In this document: in pieces, positions 55,087-64,000 of the stretch
Layout of the letters: each line of letters starts with the position of its first letter
Numbering within the stretch: position 1 is the stretch's first letter
NCBI GenBank assembly: GCA_965202625.1
Contig: CBDBBI010000010.1
Coordinates: 1,019,050-1,083,049 of the forward strand
Length of the DNA stretch: 64,000 nt
Reading direction: 5' to 3'
Origin: a bacterium
GTDB taxonomy: Bacteria; UBA8248
Translations under genes and position numbers: made by a program
The notes under the pieces: generated by a model
The model's database searches: none
Seen by the model: the letters and a program-made list of their open reading frames with translations, nothing else
What the model was told of the DNA's origin: nothing

Positions 55087-56061
55087 TCACGCGCACCTGG
55101 GCAAAACCTCCTCGGTGAACATTTTGAGGGAGTCGTCGAAGTCCTGAACGGGAGGGTCGATCATGATGCTCTTCACCCCATAGGATTCGATCTCCTGAAT
55201 GCGCGCGACGCACTCCTCCGGCGTGCCCGTGATGGTGAAGCGATCCAGAATGTAGTCGGTGATGAGGGGGACGTGCTTGGGGTCGCGCCAGTTGCGCACG
55301 TCGAAATTGTCCAGGAGGTTCTGAATTTCGGACTTGAATTCGTGCGGAACGGAATCAAGCGTCATGCGAAAATTATGGTGTGCGCGATTCGCCACCCGCG
55401 CCCGCACCTTTTCTCTCGCGCGGGTGCCGTCGCCGTCCACGGAAACGATCGCCCCAAAAATGACGTCCATCTCGCCGAGAGAGGCATCGCGGCGCACCAG
55501 CCCCTCGTTCAAATGCCCCAAAACCCATTCCACCGTCTCTTGATAGACGCCTGAGCCCACGATGACGCCGTCTGCGATCTCGCCGGACATGGCGAGCGTC
55601 CTGGGCCCCTCGGCGGACGTATAGATGGGGATTTCGCGCGCACACCACATTTTCACGTTGACGCCCTCGGCGTATTCCACCGTCTCGCCGCGCGTGAACG
55701 CCCGAACGTTCGCTATGGACTCCCGCATTCTGGCGAGCCGGGCCATCTTTTTCCCCAGCGTATAGACGGGCGTATCCCCCGAGCCTATGCCGAACATGAC
55801 GCGCCCGCCGGACAGCTCATCCAGCGTGGCGACGGCACTCGCCGCCACGCTGTCGTCGTGGAGTACGGGGTTCGTCACGCCGGGGCCGATTTTCACCTTC
55901 TCGGTGTGCTCAATCGCCAAGGCGAGGGCGACGTTGTGATCCCGACAGGTGAGGTGGCTCTCCGCTATCCATACCTGCTCGAAGCCGTTGTCCTCGGCGT
56001 ATTTCGCCCGCTCCGCCAAGAGCCGGATATCGTCGGGCACCAGATGAAGACTAAAACGCAT
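55087..56061 (-). CDS. LLM-class F420-dependent oxidoreductase
   Basis: Trimmed to MRFSLHL. Motifs WIAESH and GGRVMFGIGSGD are present. Length is 325 aa. Confidence 0.8.
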   Translation of the reverse strand: MRFSLHLVPDDIRLLAERAKYAEDNGFEQVWIAESHLTCRDHNVALALAIEHTEKVKIGPGVTNPVLHDDSVAASAVATLDELSGGRVMFGIGSGDTPVYTLGKKMARLARMRESIANVRAFTRGETVEYAEGVNVKMWCAREIPIYTSAEGPRTLAMSGEIADGVIVGSGVYQETVEWVLGHLNEGLVRRDASLGEMDVIFGAIVSVDGDGTRAREKVRARVANRAHHNFRMTLDSVPHEFKSEIQNLLDNFDVRNWRDPKHVPLITDYILDRFTITGTPEECVARIQEIESYGVKSIMIDPPVQDFDDSLKMFTEEVLPRCA

Positions 56062-56596
56062 TCCCAACGCCTCCCCCATTGTCAGACAAGAGAAAAAACC
56101 TCAAAAGCGGCCCCCATGCGCTCCCACCGGCGCGGCCTCGCTCCCCTGCGCCCGACAGCGAGATACTCCCCGTGTTTGGTGCGCTTCAAAGCATTGCTCC
56201 CCATCGTTCGCATCGCACGCAGCACCGCCCGCGTTTTTGACGGCATCATCAAAGGCGATGCCCGGCATACCAGACGCGCGAACAGCCCGGCGCATCCGCC
56301 GGAAGGCTCCCCTCGCCCATCTCCTCCGGGCGATACAAGACGTGAAAGGAGGAAAATCCATTCGGCCATCCCTGGTTCCCGCGCGCTGAGGGCGGCGTTG
56401 ACAGATTCCCTTTCGGCGTCCACAAGGACTCCGACGCCATGAGCGTGGAAAGGGGTTTTCAGAGCTCCCGCATACGGGTTTGAAAGTTATAATGCCGACA
56501 TCATCGCAATCGCGTCAAGGTTGGAGCGTGAAGTTTGCAGATTTCCTTTGAGGACATATTCTCGATGCGGCATACGCGCATCTCGCCGAGGTTATC

Positions 56597-57355
56597 TTGA
56601 GTTCTTTCGCTTTCATCGCCGTCTTTTGCGCTGCGTTCATCGGCTCAGGCCTCAAAGCCGTCGGGGGATTTGGTTTCGCCACCCTGACGACGCCGGTCGT
56701 TGCCATCTTCTGGGACGTGCCCACGGCCATCGCCGTCATCTCCGTTCCCACCCTTTGCACGAGCCTCATGAACGCCTGGCGCGTGCGCGAAGCCGTTCAC
56801 GAGGGGCTCAGGTCTTTCGTCCCCTTTTTCATGATGAGCCTGGTGGGCCTGGCCGTTGGTCTGACGATTCTTCTCAACGCCGACCCGCATCTGATGAAAT
56901 TCATCCTCGGCGCCTTCCTCATCTGCCAGCTCGTCTGGCAATGGACGCATCCGGAGAAATCAGCCCCCGAGGATTCCTTGACGCGCTCTCTGGGCATGGG
57001 CGCGATCGCCGGGTTGATGCTGGGCACGATCAACGTTCCCTCTCACGTCATCGCGTCCTACCTCACGGGGATGAAAATCTCCAAGGAGCGGTATTTGTTC
57101 GTGCTGAGCGCGAGCCAGGTCGTGCTTCGCGTCGCGGCTATCGCCTCCATCGCGACCGCGGGCTTCATCGACTCCAGGGCGCTGTGGCTCATCCTCGTTC
57201 TGGCGACGCCTGTGCTGCTCGGATTTTTCGTGGGCACGAAAATATACAGCATTTTCACGGACCAGCTGTTTTTCCGCATCATCACCATCGTTCTGTTCCT
57301 GATGGGCGTCGTGCTCGTCGTGATGAACGCGAAGGCGCTCGCCATCTTTCATTGA
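56597..57355 (+). CDS. TauE/SafE-family (DUF81) anion exporter
   Basis: The ORF has a TTG start and is 252 aa. It has about 7-8 TM helices in two internal repeats, each with a glycine-rich first helix. Confidence 0.7.
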   Translation: MSSFAFIAVFCAAFIGSGLKAVGGFGFATLTTPVVAIFWDVPTAIAVISVPTLCTSLMNAWRVREAVHEGLRSFVPFFMMSLVGLAVGLTILLNADPHLMKFILGAFLICQLVWQWTHPEKSAPEDSLTRSLGMGAIAGLMLGTINVPSHVIASYLTGMKISKERYLFVLSASQVVLRVAAIASIATAGFIDSRALWLILVLATPVLLGFFVGTKIYSIFTDQLFFRIITIVLFLMGVVLVVMNAKALAIFH

Positions 57356-57493
57356 ACCGCCCGAGGCGAAGCAGGGGGTGCGTCGAATTGACGAGGGCGA
57401 ATCATCCAGGGTATTTTTTGTATTCATCATTGACACTGGAAAAACCGAGACACTGAGGCATATCCATCGGGTATCTCAAGAGGATCGAACAAA

Positions 57494-58246
57494 ATGCCAG
57501 TGAAAGTAAGCATCAAAAACCTGCACATGGAATACTACCTCAAGGACAGGAAGGTTCATGCCCTCAAGGAAATCAACCTCGACATTCAGAATGGAGAGTT
57601 CGTCTGCGTCGTGGGGTTGTCCGGATGCGGAAAGACCACTCTGCTGAACATTCTTGCCGGATTCCTGGAGCATACGGCCGGCTCCATTCTGCTTGACGGC
57701 AAACCCATCTCGAATGCGGGCCGCATGAACCGGGGCGTCGTGTTTCAGGAATACGCGCTCTTCCCCTGGCGTACGGCTCTTCGGAACGTCGAATTCGGAC
57801 TTGAGATGAAGGGACTGAGCAGGGAGGAGCGCACGAAAAAAGCCCAGGAATACCTCTCGCTCGTCCACCTGGAGAAGTTCACCCACCTGTATCCCCACAA
57901 CCTCTCGGGCGGCATGAAGCAGCGCGTCGCCGTGGCGAGGGCATACGCCTACGAACCCCAATTCATGCTGATGGACGAGCCCTTCGGCGCACTCGACGCG
58001 CAGACGAGGGAGAATCTCCAGTCCCTGACGGTCGAGGTCTGGGAGAAGACCCAAAAAACCATCTTCTACGTCACGCACAACCTCAGCGAAGCGGTTTATC
58101 TTGCGGACAGAATCATCGTCCTCGCCGGCCAGCCGGGGAAAATTCACAAAGAGATCAGGGTGGACCTCCCCCGGCCCAGAGACCCGTTCGACCCCAAGGT
58201 GGTGGACCTCGAACATCAGACGACCGAGGCGGTGCGCGGCAACTGA
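57494..58246 (+). CDS. ABC transporter ATP-binding protein (NitT/TauT nitrate/sulfonate/taurine family)
   Basis: Walker A GLSGCGKTT, signature LSGGMKQR and Walker B FMLMDEPFGALD are all present. Confidence 0.85.
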   Translation: MPVKVSIKNLHMEYYLKDRKVHALKEINLDIQNGEFVCVVGLSGCGKTTLLNILAGFLEHTAGSILLDGKPISNAGRMNRGVVFQEYALFPWRTALRNVEFGLEMKGLSREERTKKAQEYLSLVHLEKFTHLYPHNLSGGMKQRVAVARAYAYEPQFMLMDEPFGALDAQTRENLQSLTVEVWEKTQKTIFYVTHNLSEAVYLADRIIVLAGQPGKIHKEIRVDLPRPRDPFDPKVVDLEHQTTEAVRGN

Positions 58247-58528
58247 AGCCGTCTCATCTGGGATTTTTTCCGAATTTTCCGGTGCAACAGCACATGCAGA
58301 TCCGGACGCGAGAGCGCAAACTCCCGCAAGGGGGGAAGCCTGTGCTTACAAGTTTGGATTATTGAAAATGGAATGGTGCGCTTTTGGATTCGATAAAATA
58401 GCCCAACCTTCCTATTTTATAAGCATAGAAGGAGGGACACGATGAACATGAGAGATTTGCAAGACTTTTCACGCCGAAAGCGGGGAGGGATTCGATGATT
58501 CGATTCGCCAGTTTATCGGGGCGGCCGC

Positions 58529-59475
58529 ATGAACCGCCTGTTTTATGGGGACAATCTTCAGATTATGGGAGAATTGCCTCCAAATAGCGTTGACCTCATC
58601 TATTTAGACCCGCCATTCAACTCGAACAAAAACTACAACCTCATGTATCGGGACATGGTGGGCCGTCCCGTTTCGGAACAAATAGAGGCGTTCTGCGACA
58701 CATGGGAAATGGACGCCGAGAAGGAAGAGATCGCCCGGAAAATGCCGGTCCCTTATGCGAGAACAAGGGATCGAGGATTACTACGTCGATTTCTGGCGGC
58801 TCTGGATCAAGGCTTTGCGGCACACCCAGCCGCGCCCTCGCCTATCTCTCCTACATGTCGGAACGGCTTGCCGAGGCGCGCCGCCTCCTCAAGCCCACAG
58901 GCTCCATCTACCTGCATTGCGACCCGACCATGAGCCATTATCTGAAGGCGGTGATGGATGACGTTTTCGGCGTCAAGAATTTTAGAAACGAGATTATTTG
59001 GAGCGGCATTCCGCACGACCTCTCCAGTGCGCGGAAGCTCGCGCAGGACAAACCCTTCGACTTCGAGAAATGGGCGATTTGCCGAATCCCCGGGCTCGCG
59101 CCAAACGCCAGGCAGGTGGGCGACGGGGGAATCGACGGACGTGGCCTGCTTTTGAACGCGCCCGACGATCACGATTCCCGCCTGGTACTGGCACAAGTCA
59201 AGGGTGGAAAATTCCAGGCGAGCGGGTTGCGGGATTTTCTGGGCGTCATGGAAAGGGATCGCGCCGCCATGGGCGTATTCATCACCCTGAACAGCGCGAC
59301 CTCTCCCCATGCGCACACCGAAGCGGGGCGAAAGGGAAGCATCCGCATGGGCGCGTCTCAATATCCGCGCGCGCAATTATGGTCGATAGACGATCATTTC
59401 AGAAAGAATCAGCCGCACATGCCGCCCCTCGCCGACCCTTACACGGGCAAGGAAATGCAGCAGCCCCTGTTTTGA
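58529..59475 (+). pseudogene. N6/N4 DNA methyltransferase (PF01555-type, DPPF...TGSIYLHCD) fused to an Mrr-like PD-(D/E)xK endonuclease domain, frameshifted
   Basis: Frame A reads MNRLFYGDNLQIMGELPPNSVDLIYLDPPFN...AFCDTWEM. Frame B (ORF 58702..59475) reads ...ALAYLSYMSERLAEARRLLKPTGSIYLHCDPTMSHYLKAVMDDVFGVKNFRNEIIW...VGDGGIDGRGLL...LAQVKGGK. At least one frameshift lies near 58740-58790. Confidence 0.6.
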
Positions 59476-59494
59476 CAATACGAAGGGAGATGAC

Positions 59495-59761
59495 GTGATA
59501 TGGTTCGCGGAATTTATCGATTCAAGCGGAAAGTTCGTCGCGTTCGGCGATGATCCCGAAGAGATGCCCGTCCACAAGGAACAGCGGAACGGCGGCCTCT
59601 ATCCGACGCCCATGACCTTCCCCTCGTGTCTGAAGTTTCTCTGGGGAGCGGATGAGGTGGCGCTGCCCCGCAAGGTCACCGAGCAGGAAATCCTGAATCG
59701 CTTCGCCGATCCCGATCATGAAGAAGACTGGGAGCGCGAACTGCGGCGCCGAACGACCTGA
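59495..59761 (+). CDS. small hypothetical protein (MTFPSCLKFL family), paralog of 61004..61204
   Basis: The 88-aa protein starts MIWFAEFIDSSGKFVAFGDD and contains MTFPSCLKFLWGADE, shared with the paralog at 61004..61204. Confidence 0.4.
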   Translation: MIWFAEFIDSSGKFVAFGDDPEEMPVHKEQRNGGLYPTPMTFPSCLKFLWGADEVALPRKVTEQEILNRFADPDHEEDWERELRRRTT

Positions 59762-60007
59762 CGTTCTCGCCAACGGGGACTTTCCCGATTCTTTGGCGCG
59801 CTATCTGACGCCGCATTCCCTTGCCCAGCGCTGGACGTTCCCAGATCGCCCTCCGTTGTCTGGCGCACTATCTGACGCCTCTGACGCCATCACCTCGCGC
59901 TGGCCATGCTTCGCGCCTGTCCGTTATTTCCTTGGGAAATTTTGTTGATTTGTCGCCAATCGGATAGCGTTGGATTCGCCGTTTTCGCGTTGACGCAAGG
60001 CGCGGTT

Positions 60008-60302
60008 CCGAAATCCAAGACCTTCTGATGCGAAAACGGCCGACTCCCCGGAGGGGAGCCGGCCGCCTTAAGCCGCTCTTATCGCCGCTGACCGCCCACT
60101 TCCTCCATCATGCCCCACTTGACGACGGTCACCCTCTCGAACTTCTCAAAAATGAATTTCTCCATCACGAATCCCACCAAAGCGATGGCCGCGATTCCCA
60201 CGAGCATGAAAGCCGTATCCAGATCTTCACGGCTGTCGAATATGGCGTATCCCAAGCCCCAATCACTCGCGGCCACCATCTCTCCGGCGATGCCCGCGCG
60301 CC
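60008..60302. repeat. displaced direct-repeat copy of the 3' end plus downstream hairpin of the ABC permease gene (native copy 61366-61662)
   Basis: About 295 bp are near-identical to the native copy and encode the ...AASDWGLGYAIFDSREDLDTAF...MMEEVGGQRR C-terminus (track ORF 60079..60279). Confidence 0.75.
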
Positions 60303-60457
60303 GAAGCGGGACAAAAGGGGAACATCCGCATGGGCGCGTCCCAATATCCGCGCGCGCAATTATGGTCGATAGACGATCATTTCAGAAAGAATCAGCCGCA
60401 CATGCCGCCCCTCGCCGACCCTTACACGGGCAAGGAAATGCAGCAGCCTCTATTTTG
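60303..60457. repeat. second copy of the methyltransferase-Mrr gene 3' end (native copy 59321-59475), fused directly to the permease-3' repeat
   Basis: The sequence gaagcggg...catccgcatgggcgcgtc.caatatccgcgcgcgcaattatggtcgatagacgatcatttcagaaagaatcagccgcacatgccgcccctcgccgacccttacacgggcaaggaaatgcagcagcc is repeated. Confidence 0.75.
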
Positions 60458-60544
60458 AGCTGACGCGCTGGCGGGGCGCGGATGGCGGGACAACGCGCTG
60501 ATGCGCGGGCTTTATTCGCACTTTTAATATGTGATACAAGCAAA

Positions 60545-60578
60545 GGGCTCCGGGTAGAGACCGGAGCCCTTTTGATTT
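60545..60578 (+). terminator. rho-independent terminator
   Basis: A hairpin gggctccgg-gtagaga-ccggagccc is followed by ttttgattt. Confidence 0.55.
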
Positions 60579-60680
60579 GCCCGTTCGCTTGCTGACAAGG
60601 TCGCTCACGGGATATGACCGCTGCCCCCAACATATCCTTTGCAAAGCGAACCTGTCAACTTCATGGGAGGGGTTCGCTTT

Positions 60681-60950
60681 ATGGACGAGAAGACGCTTCT
60701 TTGCCGCGTTTGCAAGATCGAGCCGAAACGCGTCGAAGAGGAAGGAAAGCCTGATCTGATACGTTGTCCCCGGTGCGGCGCATTCGGTAATTTTGATGAA
60801 GTCCTTGAAGCGGCTTCCAGGCATTTGACAGGCAGCATCATAAACGACGGGTTCAATCGCCGCGCGCGTAAATCCAGGAGATCGAAGGTTATGCGCTACG
60901 TCCTCGGCAATCGCAAAAATATCACTGCCCCCGCTTTCATCTTTCAATGA
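60681..60950 (+). CDS. small zinc-ribbon protein (CxxC...CxxC)
   Basis: The 89-aa protein reads MDEKTLLCRVCKIEPKRVEEEGKPDLIRCPRCGAF and has a basic C-terminus. The GGAGGGG RBS is upstream. Confidence 0.4.
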   Translation: MDEKTLLCRVCKIEPKRVEEEGKPDLIRCPRCGAFGNFDEVLEAASRHLTGSIINDGFNRRARKSRRSKVMRYVLGNRKNITAPAFIFQ

Positions 60951-61003
60951 TGATTCCTCCTTGACGCGCGCTAGACGATCTCCCGACCGAAGCGTTTCCT
61001 GAT

Positions 61004-61204
61004 CTATTTCGCCGTCGTCTTGGCGGCATCGGTGATGTCGTCCGCACCGTGCAGGAATTTGAGGCAGGAAGGGAACGTCATCTCCGTTCTGGAATAGTCG
61101 GGACCGCCGCCGACGCCCAGGCTGTAGACGGGCAGGACGTTCCTGTTTTCTCCAAACGCGATGAATTTATGGTCGCCGTCCGTGAATTGCACCAGATAGA
61201 TCAT
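61004..61204 (-). CDS. small hypothetical protein (MTFPSCLKFL family), paralog of 59495..59761 in opposite orientation
   Basis: The 66-aa protein reads MIYLVQFTDGDHKFIAFGEN...MTFPSCLKFLHGADD. Confidence 0.4.
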   Translation of the reverse strand: MIYLVQFTDGDHKFIAFGENRNVLPVYSLGVGGGPDYSRTEMTFPSCLKFLHGADDITDAAKTTAK

Positions 61205-61438
61205 TCGTATTTCTCCAAAATGGACTTATTGAACACGTCGGCGGCGAAGTTGGCGTTTTCCGCGCGGGAAACGCCCGACGGATTCATGGCGATTTCGGAG
61301 ACGAGGGAGAACTTGATGGGACTTAGGGGATCTGCACCAAAGCGTCGAGGGCCAGGGGGCGCAGTTCCGAAATCCAAGACCTTCTGATGCGAAAACGGCC
61401 GACTCCCCGGGAGGGGAGCCGGCCGCCTTAAGCCGCTC

Positions 61439-62308
61439 TTATCGCCGCTGACCGCCCACTTCCTCCATCATGCCCCACTTGACGACGGTCACCCTCTCGA
61501 ACTTCTCAAAAATGAATTTCTCCATCACAAATCCCACCAAAGCGATGGCCGCGATTCCCACGAGCATGAAAGCCGTATCCAGATCTTCACGGCTGTCGAA
61601 TATGGCGTATCCCAAGCCCCAATCACTCGCGGCCACCATCTCTCCGGCGATGCCCGCGCGCCAGGCGCGCGCCAGGCCGATGCGGACGCCTGAGAGAATG
61701 AACGGCAGCGAACCTGGGAAGATGACCTTCCAGAACAAGGTCATCCCCTCCGCGTTCATCGACTTCGCAGCCCGTATCCAGATCGGATTGATGGTTTTCA
61801 CCCCCGTCCACGTGGAGGAGATGGCGGGCAGTGCCGCGGCGAACGCGGTGATGAAAATCATGGTGGTATTGCCGAGGCCGAACCACAAAACGAGAATCGG
61901 GCTCCAGGCCAGTGCCGGTATGGGCAGAAGCATGCTCAGGATGGGGATCATGAATTTCTCGAACCAACCGACGCGGCCCATGGCGATGCCGATGGCTATC
62001 CCCACGAAGCCGGCGATGATCATTCCCACCATAATCCGCCAGGCGGTGTGATAGGAGTGCACGCAGAGAACGCAGGTGGTATCGCCGGACTTGAGGAAAG
62101 TGACTTCATAAAAACGGTGCAAAATGGGCAGTGCCCGCGGAAAGAGCGCGGGCTCGTTCACAATCCAGGCGATGGACTCCCAAATCACCAGCACCGCGAT
62201 AAAACTGGGAATGTTGTCCCTGATCCACATCCACATTTTTTCCTGCGCGGTGTATTCCGTCGGCAGCCTGACGTCATCCCTTCTGATTTCATCCGTCGCG
62301 GTGGTCAT
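61439..62308 (-). CDS. ABC transporter permease (NitT/TauT family, TauC/SsuC-like)
   Basis: The 289-aa protein has six TM segments and an EAA-like loop region. It is the likely partner of the ATPase at 57494..58246 but lies on the opposite strand, 3.2 kb away. Confidence 0.8.
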   Translation of the reverse strand: MTTATDEIRRDDVRLPTEYTAQEKMWMWIRDNIPSFIAVLVIWESIAWIVNEPALFPRALPILHRFYEVTFLKSGDTTCVLCVHSYHTAWRIMVGMIIAGFVGIAIGIAMGRVGWFEKFMIPILSMLLPIPALAWSPILVLWFGLGNTTMIFITAFAAALPAISSTWTGVKTINPIWIRAAKSMNAEGMTLFWKVIFPGSLPFILSGVRIGLARAWRAGIAGEMVAASDWGLGYAIFDSREDLDTAFMLVGIAAIALVGFVMEKFIFEKFERVTVVKWGMMEEVGGQRR

Positions 62309-62590
62309 CGACCAGCCTCCTAGATCATGCGAAGAGCAAAGCGTTCAACGCATCTTGCGTCATTCACCCATGCGAAAAACAGCGGCGTCATCCGCTTGGC
62401 TTTCGGCCCCGTTTCGAGAAGGAGTCATTCTTGCAAAAATGGCTTTTCAAGTCAAAATCCCCGCCCAAGACGCCGCCCTTCACCCATCATGAAACGGCGG
62501 GACAACGCATTTTCTCTCGCCGCCGCGCTCGTATGCGCGCTTCCCTCTCATCGCCCGAACGTCAAGGCCATCGCCCCCTGCCGCATTCGA

Positions 62591-63037
62591 TCAATCTCTG
62601 CCTGATTCGGCACCCTCCTCGGCAATCGCTCGAAAGCGAGCGGCGACGCTCTCGCTCGCACCCTCGCCGATATACGCCCCATAGGAAGAATCATCATCGG
62701 CGACGCCCTCAATCTCCCAGGCCGTATCCTTCGCCACGATGAAAACGACGTCCTCATCATCCGCGGCCACCATGCTGTGGAGCGCATTCGCCGGTATGTG
62801 AATGATCCCCCCCGCCCCGACCGTCTTTCGCTCCCCGTCGATCATCGCCTTCAGACGACCCTGCTGAACGAGAATGAACTGCTCGTTCGCGTGCCGGTGC
62901 GGCCTGCTGCCCGTACCGGCGGGCTTGTTGATGATGCCGAATATGACGCGCTCGCCGTCGACCCACACGCCCTCGGAGGTGCTGTAGCTCCGCCCCGCCA
63001 GTTTTTGCTCCATCGTCTTGGGATCGTAAAAAGGCAT
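62591..63037 (-). CDS. cupin-domain protein
   Basis: Trimmed to MPFYDP. A two-motif cupin core is present (GSRPHRHANEQFILVQQG...GGIIHIPANALH). Confidence 0.65.
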   Translation of the reverse strand: MPFYDPKTMEQKLAGRSYSTSEGVWVDGERVIFGIINKPAGTGSRPHRHANEQFILVQQGRLKAMIDGERKTVGAGGIIHIPANALHSMVAADDEDVVFIVAKDTAWEIEGVADDDSSYGAYIGEGASESVAARFRAIAEEGAESGRD

Positions 63038-63119
63038 CGTATTCCCTCTCCCCCTTTGGTTGTGTGAAAGGCCCGGAAACGCGCCTGCGGTTTCGCACGC
63101 TTCATCCATTCATTATATT

Positions 63120-64000
63120 TCATATTTCTCGATATTCCGTGGCGAGGGCGAACCCTTTGTTCCCCGCCTCTACCGGCCCGCTGCACCGGCTGAAAAAGAG
63201 CACCCCCTCGGCGGGACTCCGCAACTCCTCGACCACTTCAAGGCGAAAAGGGTCCAGCATCTCGCCCAGCAACTCCCCCTCGCTCACCCGCGCGCCAAGG
63301 TCGGAGAAACCTGTTTTTCGAGAGAGGAGATAGCCCCCTCCCGACGGATTGACCTCGACGCGATGGGCGAAGTCAAAGCAGGTAATTCTCTCCCTTCGCT
63401 CCTCCCCCGAAACCATCTGGAGATGACGGAGGAGGTTCCAGAAGCCACCCTCCAGGCTTTCTCGATACAGGTTCTCCTCACACTCGGGCAGATAGACCCC
63501 GCCAATCTCAGCGCTGATGGCGGGCACGTTCTGCGTGAGGGCATAACCGGAGGGGCTCGACGCGTTCGAAGGCACGCCATGCACCATCCCCGCCCCCCCG
63601 CTGGCGAAGGCGATCGCCAGCGCGCGCGCGCGCGCTCCGAGCGGGCCCTCGACGTTCGGGGCCACGTCGACGCGCCTTTGAATTCTCCCCGCCATTCCGC
63701 CAGAGTGGAATTCGACGAAATAATCCGCGTCGTCGAGCAGCGTTTCACGGATTTTGGAGGCGAAGCGCTGCGTCAGCGTCCCCCTCGCAGAACCTGGAAA
63801 CGCCCCCCAAAGATTCGTCTGCTCATGCTGATCCGGAGACTGGCGGGAGAAACTGGCAAAAGCAAAAGGGTTCCCTACCGGAACGAGCAGCAAGGTGCCT
63901 CTGAAACGCTGGGGATCGATGCGCGTCAGGACATTTTGAAGCGCGCGAATCGGCTGCGGCTCATCCCCATGCACACACGCCAGAGCGGAGAGGGTGGGTC
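63120..64000 (-). CDS. succinylglutamate desuccinylase/aspartoacylase (AstE/AspA) family protein, 5' end beyond window
   Basis: The sequence ...ALACVHGDEPQP is the zinc-binding HGxE motif. The frame is open to the window edge, so the N-terminus lies outside the window. Confidence 0.6.
   Translation of the reverse strand, partial: PTLSALACVHGDEPQPIRALQNVLTRIDPQRFRGTLLLVPVGNPFAFASFSRQSPDQHEQTNLWGAFPGSARGTLTQRFASKIRETLLDDADYFVEFHSGGMAGRIQRRVDVAPNVEGPLGARARALAIAFASGGAGMVHGVPSNASSPSGYALTQNVPAISAEIGGVYLPECEENLYRESLEGGFWNLLRHLQMVSGEERRERITCFDFAHRVEVNPSGGGYLLSRKTGFSDLGARVSEGELLGEMLDPFRLEVVEELRSPAEGVLFFSRCSGPVEAGNKGFALATEYREI

Noticed and set aside
1-64000. CRISPR arrays, rRNA genes, IS transposases and integrases
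   Set aside because: No spacer-repeat array, rRNA-like conserved stretch, DDE transposase or tyrosine/serine recombinase motif was found in any frame. The only regular repeat array is the 33-bp intragenic coding repeat.

Overview
This is a high-GC (about 60-65%) bacterial window that is almost entirely coding, with genes from a diderm, probably anaerobic or facultative lineage. The evidence for a diderm is outer-membrane beta-barrel and lipobox lipoproteins; for an anaerobic lifestyle, a tungsten-type aldehyde:ferredoxin oxidoreductase, QueE and F420/luciferase-like enzymes. The order along the window is as follows.

- 1-19,450, central-metabolism genes: RraA-like, DUF255 thioredoxin-domain protein, M20 peptidases, FNR, a frameshifted crotonase, acyl-CoA mutase large subunit, aldehyde:ferredoxin oxidoreductase, QueE and two tandem SDRs.
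- 19,600-20,450: a low-GC tract next to tRNA-Leu(UAA) at 20,457-20,539.
- 23,837-27,510: a form-II CoxS-L-M molybdenum hydroxylase.
- 29,897-31,635: an AtuA/DUF4387 pair.
- 32,506-34,908: a CsgG-family lipoprotein cluster (CsgG, PEGA-like lipoprotein, DUF4810, DUF799).
- about 35,050-42,285: a roughly 7.4-kb inserted element flanked by direct repeats of the 3' end of the prpE-like acyl-CoA synthetase gene. Its cargo is:
  - a low-GC membrane protein built from 33-bp tandem repeats;
  - an outer-membrane beta-barrel protein;
  - a translationally coupled secreted DUF1524/HNH-like nuclease plus phage Gp37/Gp68 (DUF5131) pair;
  - two tandemly duplicated small lipoproteins;
  - a cI/LexA-like S24 repressor with a divergent cro-like gene, and three copies of that repressor's own 3' end.
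- 44,717-47,599: a Rieske / cytochrome b / octaheme cytochrome c module.
- 52,913-53,512: an AhpD-like gene with an in-frame TGA exactly at the second Cys of the CxxC motif, followed by a hairpin in the position expected of a SECIS element. This is a candidate selenoprotein.
- 53,541-56,061: F420/LLM-family oxidoreductases.
- 58,300-61,700: a rearranged region containing a frameshifted N6/N4 methyltransferase-Mrr fusion, nested direct repeats of gene 3' ends and small cassette ORFs. It lies between an ABC ATPase and its presumed permease.

No rRNA or CRISPR array was seen. Several long ORFs antisense to well-supported genes were rejected. All family assignments come from reading motifs by eye; no database search was run.
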